A program made the position numbers and the translations under genes. A stretch of 37,756 nt of DNA from an uncultured virus (IMG/VR IMGVR_UViG_3300025000_000004) (taxonomy: Duplodnaviria > Heunggongvirae > Uroviricota > Caudoviricetes > Crassvirales). Location: IMG/VR virus record IMGVR_UViG_3300025000_000004. The stretch is one strand, 5' to 3'. Positions 17,049 through 26,065 of this stretch are shown here, in pieces. The first letter of the stretch is position 1, and every line of letters begins with the position of its first letter. Below the pieces are notes generated by a model. The model worked only from the letters and a program-made list of their open reading frames with translations, did no database searches and had not been told where the DNA came from.

Positions 17049-17628
17049 AGATACGAACTTCTTCTTTATTTGGTTTCTCTCTTAATGTCTCACATTCCGA
17101 GGCAAGATTAGATCCTGCATCTTTTTTGTCAATAAAATAATGTGCTTGTTGCATATAAGTGTAACCTCTGACGGCAAATCTTTCAACATATCTTTTTGTA
17201 GCCTCAAATATCTCTTCCTTGGAATACTCGTAAGTGGCTACAAATTTAACCATTTTCTTTAAAACTTCCAACTTATTGCCACGATACCTGTAACCTCCTG
17301 CGTTTACACCTTCTGGAAATATCTTTCTCCAATCGTCAATCCACAGTGCGACATCAGGCATCGCTTTTCTTTTCTTCTTGGACAGTTTTGCAAATAAATC
17401 TTCTCCTCTTTTACGAAGAGAGATATCTTTTGCATCAGAGCCGTGCCACTTTAAATAACCATATGATTCAAGCTTTTTGATCATTTGAGAAAATGTCATA
17501 AAATCCTCATCATAACAGTTCTTTAAAACGGCTTCTTCGTTCTGATAAACTAAAACCAAGAGAACAAACTCGAAGAATGTTATATCAAGCTTGTTCTCAA
17601 GGTAGAGTGTTACATATTCATTATTCAT
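17029..17628 (-). CDS. Putative winged-helix replication protein
   Basis: IKKLESYGYLKW wHTH-like segment; directly upstream of the helicase. Confidence 0.55.
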   Translation of the reverse strand: MNNEYVTLYLENKLDITFFEFVLLVLVYQNEEAVLKNCYDEDFMTFSQMIKKLESYGYLKWHGSDAKDISLRKRGEDLFAKLSKKKRKAMPDVALWIDDWRKIFPEGVNAGGYRYRGNKLEVLKKMVKFVATYEYSKEEIFEATKRYVERFAVRGYTYMQQAHYFIDKKDAGSNLASECETLREKPNKEEVRIYGGTIM

Positions 17629-17894
17629 GTTGCATAAGAATGTTTGTGTATGAGTATCGCATCTTCAGTTTCAATGAAGTTCATATCGTCCTCATAACGT
17701 TTGTAAATAAGGTAATCATGAATATCTGATTCTGTGTAGTTTGTTCCAAACTTACTGTTAAGCAAGTCACATAGCATCTTCGGATTCTGGAAATTCTCCT
17801 TCGGATATTCTTCCTGAAGCAATGCTACCAAAGGCTCTATCTTCGTCTCTGAAGTTATCGCCTTTAATGATTCGTTCTTTGTAGTCAAATCCAT
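17625..17894 (-). CDS. Hypothetical protein
   Basis: ORF filling the gap between the SF2 helicase and the wHTH gene; start uncertain. Confidence 0.55.
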   Translation of the reverse strand: MDLTTKNESLKAITSETKIEPLVALLQEEYPKENFQNPKMLCDLLNSKFGTNYTESDIHDYLIYKRYEDDMNFIETEDAILIHKHSYAT

Positions 17895-19155
17895 CGTGAA
17901 GAAATATTTCACTGTCAAAATACTCTGCATCCGACAAATCAAAACCTTTGACCATCTGTTCAAACCAGCTGTCAGCTTGAGTTCCGCTTACACGTATGAT
18001 CCACATTTCTGCGACATCCTCAGTTCCAAGCCTGTCTAATCTTCCTTTCTTTTGTTTCGATTGTGTTGCAGATCCTATATACGATTCCATTATTGCATGA
18101 GTTGCACCTTTAAGGTTTAACCCAAGCGTTAAGGAACGACAGCTTCCAAGATCACGTATTGTACCCTCATTAAAACCATCTATAAGTTCCTGATTACGGT
18201 CCTTATGGTTATTTGAATGAACAGTATTCTTAGTAATCTTATCAGCCTGAGCAGTTAATTCGGAAAAGATTAAAACCTTTGCTTCCGGATTATCTCTGAG
18301 GATTCCTTCTTTGATTTTCTTTGCAATCATTGCTGTGGACGGTAAATTCAACAGGAACTCTTTTCTTGCTCTGATGGAATTAAGATACATCATTGCTGCA
18401 AATTTCTGTTCTTTTGTTCCTCTACCATTCCAAAACCATTCTCTTGCATCGTCAAACCAATTATCAGAACCTTGTGCAATCATTCGTTTCTGACCCGATT
18501 TGATACGTTCAGTAAGATACGTATAGTAATGAAGTTCTCCTTCCTGCATGGTCTTCTTCCCGACCTTTACAGTAACATTCACAGAATCATCCAGTGAATG
18601 GTTCACAATGAAGAATTTCGTTTTGTTTATCAGTCCATCTTCAGCACTGTCATAATATTCATAGATGATCGGACAGTATTTCTTGTAGTAGAAACCCTTG
18701 TCGTTCTTAGAAGTTATGTCATGTGTAGCCGTAAGACCAATCAGATATTTATGTTGTGTTCTTTCAAATAAAGCCGAATATTCAGGTGTCATCATTGTGT
18801 GAATCTCATCTGCTATGATCAGGTCAAATTTCTCATTCTTCCATTTGTAGGCGGTTTGAACATTTTCAATAACTATCCATACATATCTCTCAGTACCCTT
18901 AATTCTCCATCTCTTTTCAGAGCGAAGGGGGGCATCAATCAGACCCCACTTACGCAATTCTTTTCTCCAGTTATCCTGTAGATTTGTGCGGGGTGAGGTA
19001 ATCAGAACAAAATGTACATCTTCTGTTTCTCTGATAAAGTCTATTGCTACCTTGGATTTTCCTGTTCCAGTAGACAGACAAATAGTTCCTTTATGAAGCT
19101 TTTTGAATTTCTCCAATGCTTCCCTTTGTACTTGTTCCTTGGTTGTTATTTCCAT
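17767..19155 (-). CDS. Superfamily 2 DExH helicase
   Basis: TGTGKS, IIADEIH, GLTAT, LGLNL and Q..GR..R motifs. Confidence 0.92.
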   Translation of the reverse strand: MEITTKEQVQREALEKFKKLHKGTICLSTGTGKSKVAIDFIRETEDVHFVLITSPRTNLQDNWRKELRKWGLIDAPLRSEKRWRIKGTERYVWIVIENVQTAYKWKNEKFDLIIADEIHTMMTPEYSALFERTQHKYLIGLTATHDITSKNDKGFYYKKYCPIIYEYYDSAEDGLINKTKFFIVNHSLDDSVNVTVKVGKKTMQEGELHYYTYLTERIKSGQKRMIAQGSDNWFDDAREWFWNGRGTKEQKFAAMMYLNSIRARKEFLLNLPSTAMIAKKIKEGILRDNPEAKVLIFSELTAQADKITKNTVHSNNHKDRNQELIDGFNEGTIRDLGSCRSLTLGLNLKGATHAIMESYIGSATQSKQKKGRLDRLGTEDVAEMWIIRVSGTQADSWFEQMVKGFDLSDAEYFDSEIFLHDGFDYKERIIKGDNFRDEDRAFGSIASGRISEGEFPESEDAM

Positions 19156-19606
19156 AATTTAGTTTTTTAATTATGCTTACAATCTCACTTCTGTAGTTCT
19201 TATTAGTATCTATTTCGTTTCGCACTGTTTTTACACTATGCAGAATTGTAGTATGATCCTTATTATAGAAATCTGCTACACTCTGATAAGTAAATTTAAA
19301 TATGGCTACTGCTATGTAATGAGCTACCTGACGAGGTTTCGTCGATATTCTTTTACGGGATTCTCCTCCTCTCATTATTGAAGGATCAACATCATAATAT
19401 TTTGATACAACCCAGTTAATATAAACTAATCCCGGTCTGAAAAGATCAATACGTTTTTCATTTTCGTTCATTATATGATCTCTTCTGTATTTATGATAGG
19501 CTTTGAGTACATCATCCCATTTAATCTCATTTACATCAATAGCGACATTCAGGAATCGCAGAACAAATTCTCCGAATCCTGTTAAGCTCTCTCTTTCTAC
19601 TGCCAT
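19091..19606 (-). CDS. DnaA C-terminal (domain IV) DNA-binding domain protein
   Basis: SRKR...PRQVAHYIA...VA.FY.KDHTTILHSVK signature. Confidence 0.82.
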   Translation of the reverse strand: MAVERESLTGFGEFVLRFLNVAIDVNEIKWDDVLKAYHKYRRDHIMNENEKRIDLFRPGLVYINWVVSKYYDVDPSIMRGGESRKRISTKPRQVAHYIAVAIFKFTYQSVADFYNKDHTTILHSVKTVRNEIDTNKNYRSEIVSIIKKLNYGNNNQGTSTKGSIGEIQKAS

Positions 19607-19607
19607 A

Positions 19608-20118
19608 TTAAAATAGTTTTAGTTGTCCTGAATAAACTGCATTCTTAATCTTATTCGCTTCAGCTATATAAAACGAGTAATCTATATCATAATCTTTCAT
19701 TTCTTTCTTCTCATACCTGTTGAATATTGTAGCAAGCTTTCCTACATTCAATAGGATTTCACGCCTGTCTTCAGTATTCTTTTTTAACAGTGTACTGCCT
19801 TGTTTAGAAATATAATATCTGATGGTTTTCTGTTGTCTTTCTCTGAAGCGATCTCCATCCTGAACAAATTCTCTCCATATTTCCCATCCTGCATGTGCTC
19901 TGAAACTTAAACAATAATCATATATATCAGCCTGATAGTTATTAAGTATTGTTTCTTCAATAGGAATATTGTCGAGATAATATAAATGCAGAGCTTTAGG
20001 TACAATTCTCATTGACCAATCCTTATTATATGCAATAGCTCCATTCTGCATAGGGACAATTTCAAAGCAACCTTTTGGTTTAACTTTACCTTCTGTGGTT
20101 ACAGCAAGATAATTATTT
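19608..20118 (-). CDS. Family B DNA polymerase, exon 2
   Basis: NNYLAV...K.KG.F through DIDYSFYI.EA; joins exon 1 to restore RDVNNY; spliced product is 637 aa. Confidence 0.9.
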
Positions 20119-20790
20119 CATTTCTGTTATCTCTGATTTCTCAGAGTGTCGGACTATATCTTCAATTTTAACTCTTTCTATTATTGTATTTTTATAAATA
20201 ACAATATTACTTTTCTTTTTATAAAAAGTAGCTTGTACATTTTGAAATCCTAATTCTTTTAATTGAGTATAATCAAGTAATTCATTATTTATTTTATATA
20301 AATATTTTGTTTTTAGTTTGGAAAACAATTCTGATTGTATTTTATTTCTTTCAGGATTACTTTTCCAATTAGCTGATAGTTTCTTACCGTGATCTTTTCT
20401 GATACCTTTGGACCATTCTTCTTTAAGTCTATTAGATATTTTTGTAGATGTTTCTTTATGAACTATCATTCTTGAATCTGAATCTGATCTCAAATTATAG
20501 CCATTATCTAATGAGTTATAAATACTCATCCAGTATAATTCTCGTTTAGCTACTAATTCTTCATCTTCTTCAAGATACTCTAAAACAAAATATTCAAAAT
20601 TAAATTCACCATATTTTACCCAACTTCTAAGTAGATAAATATTTTCATTATCTCTTTGATTTTTTAGATCATAGAGATGTTGATGAATTCTCTTATAAAT
20701 ATTTTTTGATTTACCGATATAAACTTTATTATTGATTAAATTTCTAATACAATAAATTCCACATCGTTGATGTTTAATGTCTGGTTTCAT
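20113..20790 (-). CDS. Intron-encoded GIY-YIG homing endonuclease
   Basis: GIYCIRN..NNKVYIGKS, R..QH, RE.YW and GYN motifs; ORF runs across the 3' splice site. Confidence 0.92.
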   Translation of the reverse strand: MKPDIKHQRCGIYCIRNLINNKVYIGKSKNIYKRIHQHLYDLKNQRDNENIYLLRSWVKYGEFNFEYFVLEYLEEDEELVAKRELYWMSIYNSLDNGYNLRSDSDSRMIVHKETSTKISNRLKEEWSKGIRKDHGKKLSANWKSNPERNKIQSELFSKLKTKYLYKINNELLDYTQLKELGFQNVQATFYKKKSNIVIYKNTIIERVKIEDIVRHSEKSEITEMK

Positions 20791-21019
20791 ACTTTTATCT
20801 TTTTGTAAAGATAAGAAATATAATTGTTAAAACCAAACAAAGTTAATAATTGCCTTGCACTTCCACACTTAAGTGTACTCTACTCACTTCCGTATTAATT
20901 TATACGTGTTTTCGATAGTCTCTGCTCCTTCCTTATTTCTAAGGCTTGGATCAGGATTGCCTTCAATATTACTTGTTAAGGTTTCCCTGAGTTCACAAGG
21001 TTAAGACGCAAATAATTCT
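20119..21019 (-). mobile_element. Group I intron (IA-like, 901 nt) in the polymerase gene
   Basis: P1 AGACGT/GCGTCT with U-G at the splice site, 8-bp P10 AATTATTT/AAATAATT, terminal G; P GAACTCAGGGAAA, Q AATCCTGA, R GCAGAGACTA, S AAGATATAGTCC. Confidence 0.93.
20806..20837 (-). promoter_or_regulatory. Intron-internal promoter (variant -7 element)
   Basis: TTTG-N20-TATCTTTA upstream of the endonuclease ATG. Confidence 0.55.
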
Positions 21020-22422
21020 ACGTCTCTTATGACCATTTTACTGTACTCTGCATATTCAAGAGTCAGTCTTGTCATTTCTTCCCATCTCTTGCATAATGAT
21101 AATAACAGATCTTTATCTGTTCTTTTGACTTTCACTGTTATACCATCTGTATTAATCTGCAACATTGTAAGATCTTTAATATTGTCAACAAATGTCTCTG
21201 CCAGTATTGATAACAATAATTGACCATTAATTGTTATTTGCATAGTATATTTGGGATCATAAAATAAGCTGAACTTATCATTTGATTTACCATATACACC
21301 ATTCAATGCAAGTTTTAATCCTGAGTTTGTTGCCTGATCTCCTTCTTTCTGAGCTTTCATCCTCTCCTCAAACAATTCTTCATATACATCTACGAACTCT
21401 GGTCCGAGATGCTGAGGATAAAATCTATTTTTAATAGCAAGATTTGGATAATATGATTTGACATCTATATCCAGTATCATGTATTCTTCATCTTCATCAT
21501 ATATTCCGGGTTCGATACAGCCGTGAATCCCACCTGTACCATAATCATATTTGAATCCTTTATATATGACTGACTTTTCAAAAGCATTATATGTAGTTTC
21601 AATTACTGTCGATTTTAAGTATTCCAATAACTCATTGAATTCTTTGGAATTGAAATAGATATAAGGTGATATACAATCTCTTAAATCTATAAAATGGCGA
21701 TATGTTCTCATATCCCTGATAAATTTATAGCTCCATTGTTTCTTGGCTGCTATCTGTCTTCCGAATATCTCCTGACCAATCTTTGGATCATTTGCATTCC
21801 TTAAATTGATATTGTATTTATGTCCGAGCTTCTTTCTCAGCTCAATCATATTTTTTGTAAGCAAATAAAATGCATATGTTGCTTCAACATCATTGAGATT
21901 ATAAGCAAGTATTAATTCTCCTTCTTCAGGTAATATTTCGTGATCAGGATCAAACGGTATGTCCTGCACATTATCAAATCTGATTGCTATTTCAACAGCT
22001 TTCAAGCTTGTATGTTTAGCTTTATTATCAAAGTGATGTATTCTGTATAAATCAAGTTGTGGTATTATTACTTCATTCTCAGGTACTGCACTATATTCTT
22101 CCTGTAATATTGAATTCATATCTTCTACAAGCAATGTATTAATCATATCAGGATCTGGTGTTATAATACCATGTGAGTATCCTTTCATCATATGCATTAG
22201 AGTATGTAATAACGGGTAATCAAAATTCACATTATTAAATCCTATTAATCCTGCTACTTCTTCATTTAAAAATTTATAATATGCTTCTATGTCGTTTCGT
22301 GGTTTAGAAATCACGAATTGTCTGATATCCTGAGGATTATCTCTATCCTTAAACGTGCAGCAATGGTAATTCTTGAACTGCTCGATATCGTAGACCCATA
22401 CTTGTTTGACATTAGTGCTCAT
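21020..22422 (-). CDS. Family B DNA polymerase, exon 1
   Basis: Exo motifs YDIE, GFNN..FD, YN.NDV; pol motifs DVKSYYP, KLALNGVYG, NTDG. Confidence 0.93.
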
Positions 22423-22448
22423 AATAAATTATATTAGAATTAATAATA

Positions 22449-22485
22449 AAGGAGTTCCCCCTCATAATTGAGAGGGAATCTCCTT
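22449..22485 (-). terminator. Hairpin terminator after the SSB-like gene
   Basis: AAGGAGATTCCCTCTCA/TGAGGGGGAACTCCTT imperfect stem followed by T-rich sequence. Confidence 0.65.
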
Positions 22486-22499
22486 AATTGCTTTGGACA

Positions 22500-22994
22500 T
22501 TATTTCTTGTCTGCAGCAGTCTGTGTCTGGAACTCCCTGATGGCTGCATCTTCAGTCTCCACATCATGCTTGATGTAAGAATCCTGAATGTCAGAACCTT
22601 CAGCGACAACCTCGGTTTTCCACACAATGGCTTCACCATTCTTGGTAAGAACTTCACCTGTGGTAGGATTGACCTTCTCACGGTAACCCTGATTTGCAGG
22701 AGCTTCCGACTCCAGCTTTTCAATGGTTACAATCCTGTGAGGACCAACCTTTGCGGAGAAGTCATCACCTTCCTTGAGACCGTATTCCTTGATCATGTTT
22801 GTCAGATCAGCAACACGCCCGACAACAAAGCCGACCTTGTTTTTGACATTCATGAATCCATTGGACAGAGCTGCTACGGTTGAGATCAGCATAAGTGAAC
22901 CGAATTCTGGTTTGTTAGGGTTAACCCTGATTAAACCGTTGGCTGTCAGTTCGTTACCAGCCTTTGCTTCCCATTTTGATACTTTAAGTTTCAT
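22500..22994 (-). CDS. Putative crAss-type single-stranded DNA-binding protein
   Basis: Beta-rich protein with K.NP.TGEVL..NG motif, upstream of the polymerase; family recalled, not searched. Confidence 0.5.
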   Translation of the reverse strand: MKLKVSKWEAKAGNELTANGLIRVNPNKPEFGSLMLISTVAALSNGFMNVKNKVGFVVGRVADLTNMIKEYGLKEGDDFSAKVGPHRIVTIEKLESEAPANQGYREKVNPTTGEVLTKNGEAIVWKTEVVAEGSDIQDSYIKHDVETEDAAIREFQTQTAADKK

Positions 22995-23138
22995 GGTACG
23001 TTGTTTTTAAAATTAATAAATCATGTTAATAACATCTGCAAGATCATTTGTCTCTTAATCGGAGTACATTTTTAGTTCTTGTGAATAAGACATGTAGAAG
23101 GATTAACTGCTTATTTTCATATACCTCTAAGTATATAT

Positions 23139-23453
23139 TTAAGCAATTGTTCCAATTCTGGCTGCAACTACAACTTCATTGTTAACATCGTCAACAACTT
23201 TTATGTCTTTGATTTCGTACATCCCAGTGGATGTGATTTCATTTGACGATGTTCCTGTAACTCTGTCATAGTATTTGTAAGATTTTTCCAAGATTTTGAC
23301 AACAACCATTCTTGTGTCATAATCCTTTGATACAACAACATCTCCTACTTTAACTTCAGAATCTGTGTTGAATGCATACCTCTTCAAGTTTCTGTTAGTT
23401 ATTACACCAGCAGCAACTGAATTAGTATAAACGACAAAAATTGTTTTTTTCAT
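23139..23453 (-). CDS. Hypothetical protein (104 aa)
   Basis: ATG ORF after the tmRNA; YAF.TD..VKVGDVV small beta-barrel-like motif. Confidence 0.75.
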   Translation of the reverse strand: MKKTIFVVYTNSVAAGVITNRNLKRYAFNTDSEVKVGDVVVSKDYDTRMVVVKILEKSYKYYDRVTGTSSNEITSTGMYEIKDIKVVDDVNNEVVVAARIGTIA

Positions 23454-23480
23454 TTGATTAATAATTTAGTTAGTACTATG

Positions 23481-23809
23481 TGGAGGTGGTGGGAATCGAA
23501 CCCACGTCCAACAATATTAATGATAATTATATCTACGACAATATTCCGTTATCTACGGACAAGCGGGACTGAGGACAGTCTTGCTCCACCATCTGCATTA
23601 GTAAACATAAATGCAGAAAATTGCGTATGCTGTATTCTGTTCCAAGGTTATCAGCACCCGGCTCATTCTACTTACGCAGCGGCTTTTAAAGCCTGAGCAG
23701 GAAACATATTAACTACGTTGTCCTTTATTGATTGTGGTTCTTTATGGTAATAACCAATACCTGTCGCAATAATTACTTTCACACTGCTGTCAAAACCAAG
23801 GTCACCCCC
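23481..23809 (-). ncRNA. ssrA: tmRNA, tag (A)DNVVNMFPAQALKAAA
   Basis: 5' GGGGGTGA..GGTTTTGAC; 3' GACGTGGGTTCGATTCCCACCACCTCCA; G3-U pair; tag ORF at 23672-23722 ends in AAA-stop. Confidence 0.93.
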
Positions 23810-23828
23810 ATTTTGAAATTTGTGTAGA

Positions 23829-24038
23829 TTACTCTTTTATATAAAGTTTAATCACTTGATATGATCCTCTGGGTAAATGGCATACTATAGCCATATTAGC
23901 ATCTTCTTCTGACATATATTCAGTTGCGAATACTATACCACCTTTCATAGAAACTGATATGTTACTTATAAACATATCATATTCTTGTTGATAGTATTTA
24001 TTCCAACCAAGATCTTTAATGACGTATCTTATTTTCAT
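23829..24038 (-). CDS. Hypothetical protein (69 aa)
   Basis: ATG ORF with A-rich leader. Confidence 0.7.
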   Translation of the reverse strand: MKIRYVIKDLGWNKYYQQEYDMFISNISVSMKGGIVFATEYMSEEDANMAIVCHLPRGSYQVIKLYIKE

Positions 24039-24307
24039 AATTGTTAGTTATTAAATGACGATTGCATTCTGGCACGGCTCTATGAGCTATTATTGAGCAT
24101 ACCAGAGTATCTCAGCGTGTTTTGTTGCAATCATTTTAAATAACTGCTTTATTGATTCTTTCGGTCACTTTTCTTTTTATATGAGATATGTATCATCTCT
24201 AACCGTATCATTACCAATACCGGACAGTCATTACTCCGGTTGCTTACTGATGATAATTAGCATCAGCAGCTTCACCCCTTTTGTTATAGTCTTGAGGGCA
24301 CTCTGAC

Positions 24308-24625
24308 TTATCTCCACCTGCAACAATCCTGATTGGTATATTTATCCTCAATATCATCCATTAAAACATGTTTTGGTCTGATACGGGATTCAGGCATAAT
24401 CCAATCAAGATTTTCAGGCTTCTTTATTCTCTTAACCTCAGGTACTATATCCTCAACTTTTGTTATTGGATTTATACACTCAGACAGAAAATGAATTGCC
24501 TCATCAATGTTATCGAAGCTCCTTTCATCAGTATCAAGGAGAAACAGAATATCCGATTTGTGATTATCAGTCACAATTCTTGGATCACTGTTGTACCGGA
24601 TTGTGTAATTTGGAATGTGTCCCAT
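24308..24625 (-). CDS. Hypothetical protein (105 aa)
   Basis: ORF overlapping the upstream gene end. Confidence 0.65.
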   Translation of the reverse strand: MGHIPNYTIRYNSDPRIVTDNHKSDILFLLDTDERSFDNIDEAIHFLSECINPITKVEDIVPEVKRIKKPENLDWIMPESRIRPKHVLMDDIEDKYTNQDCCRWR

Positions 24626-25250
24626 GATGCTCTGTGCGTTTTACAAATTCAAACTTGTGTCCCTGACATTGTGCAAATGCTACTTTGTCTTTGAATCTGT
24701 GGAAAAGAATGTCTGCAACCTCTTCCTTGGATTCTACGTCAAATGTGACTGTAGTTTTTCCAAAGAACTTTGCATAACTCTTTTTAAAATGCACGACAAG
24801 CTTCACAGGTGCACCAAACTTGTGCTCTTTCCAATCTCCTTTCAGAACCTGATTCTTTATAGGCTCTGCTGTACGCTTTGTGTTCTTACCTGCTCTTACG
24901 AAATTCATATCAGCAGGAATAAATACTGGTGGACGTAAATTTTCTTTGACCATCAGTTCATCATCATTCACATTGACAGGAAACAGAAGTGTCTCATTCA
25001 CTATATTACGCAGTGAATAACACTTCCCATCATTTGCAGCGTAGACTTTTTCGATACTCTTGTTTTGAGACAAGAATTCATTGAACAGTCTTCGGAGCTG
25101 CACATGTACTCCTCTTTTTGTGAATACAGGGTCGTCACCAATTAGTGCAATAACTTTTGCACTACCTAATTTGTCAAGTAAAAACTTAACAAACCCACCA
25201 TAGAGTTTTTCCTTGAAAAAGTCTTGGTAGTTGTTGTCATCGTTGTTCAT
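24585..25250 (-). CDS. Hypothetical protein
   Basis: Long ORF; start taken at ATG 25250 to minimise overlap. Confidence 0.75.
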   Translation of the reverse strand: MNNDDNNYQDFFKEKLYGGFVKFLLDKLGSAKVIALIGDDPVFTKRGVHVQLRRLFNEFLSQNKSIEKVYAANDGKCYSLRNIVNETLLFPVNVNDDELMVKENLRPPVFIPADMNFVRAGKNTKRTAEPIKNQVLKGDWKEHKFGAPVKLVVHFKKSYAKFFGKTTVTFDVESKEEVADILFHRFKDKVAFAQCQGHKFEFVKRTEHHGTHSKLHNPVQQ

Positions 25251-25518
25251 GTGGAGGGTTAATTCCGGGTAAAGCTGTAGCAGCATCGAGAATGACATAC
25301 TGAATGTATCCATACTCATCACTGCCAACAGTATAAATTAAATGGTTTCCTCTTCTCTCAACTTTGCCTAAACCATATTCGGCATTGAGAAGCAGATTTT
25401 TTCTTCTGTCGGGATCTGCATTACCGATTACGATTTTTCTCGCATTCTGAAAATCAGCTATAGGACCTTTGTTATCCTGTCTGCGTTGCTGAAGCTGTTT
25501 GTAGGTATTGTTATCCAT
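25237..25518 (-). CDS. Hypothetical protein (93 aa)
   Basis: ATG ORF preceded by a repeated leader motif. Confidence 0.7.
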   Translation of the reverse strand: MDNNTYKQLQQRRQDNKGPIADFQNARKIVIGNADPDRRKNLLLNAEYGLGKVERRGNHLIYTVGSDEYGYIQYVILDAATALPGINPPHEQR

Positions 25519-25548
25519 TATATATTATGTATTGGTTAGAGTCAAATT

Positions 25549-25591
25549 AAAAGAGAGAACCTCCTCGGTTAGGGGTGGAAGAGGTCTCTCC
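25549..25591 (-). terminator. Terminator-like hairpin
   Basis: GAGAGACCTC/GAGGTTCTCTC stem followed by TTTTAATTT. Confidence 0.55.
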
Positions 25592-25703
25592 CGGTTGAAT
25601 AATTGATTTAGACAAACCTATTTATTTACGTAGGCGTTTATCCAATTCCCACGCACCATAACTATCAGATTGCTATTATCACAACCTTGGATGCAATCCG
25701 ACG

Positions 25704-25799
25704 TTATTTGTTTACCCTCTTTCTTTTCTTCTTGGGTGTAGAATAGACTACTGGTGCAATAATGCCTGCCAGCAAGTCAAATAATTCCTTTGATTCCAT
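25704..25799 (-). CDS. Small basic protein (31 aa, MESKELFDLLAGIIAPVVYSTPKKKRKRVNK)
   Basis: ATG 5 nt after the upstream stop; below the ORF-track cutoff. Confidence 0.4.
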   Translation of the reverse strand: MESKELFDLLAGIIAPVVYSTPKKKRKRVNK

Positions 25800-25804
25800 T
25801 TCAT

Positions 25805-26065
25805 TTATGATTTGGATGGTTCACCGAATAATACACCTATACCTGCAAAAGGATTAAGTTTAGGCTCTTCAGGTAATGTTTTACGATATTCAGTATCCAG
25901 ACAGCATGAAGGAATTAATCTTTCTTGCTTATCTGAACACATGAATAATCCTATTCCGGGATCAAGAGTCCATTTAATGAACTCTTTAACAGTATACTTT
26001 GCAAATCCTTTTCTGAATTGTACAAAGAAACCGTTATAGGTGAAGTTTTGTACCTATGATATCAT
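25805..26065 (-). pseudogene. 86-codon ORF with an in-frame TAG at codon 4
   Basis: ATGA-coupled start, then ATA TCA TAG and 82 open codons to TAA. Confidence 0.5.

Noticed and set aside
23454..23696. 80-aa plus-strand ORF
   Set aside because: Antisense to the tmRNA
24247..24270. Hammerhead core CTGATGA on the plus strand
   Set aside because: No GAAA after a stem II; the motif is simply one arm of a CTGATG/CATCAG hairpin
24274..24308. preQ1-I riboswitch
   Set aside because: Similar shape, but it lacks the conserved loop nucleotides and no queuosine genes are nearby
25517..25545. Canonical sigma70 promoter TTGACT-N17-TATAAT
   Set aside because: The -10 box overlaps the start codon and the host-type promoters here follow the Bacteroidota consensus; kept only as a repeated motif
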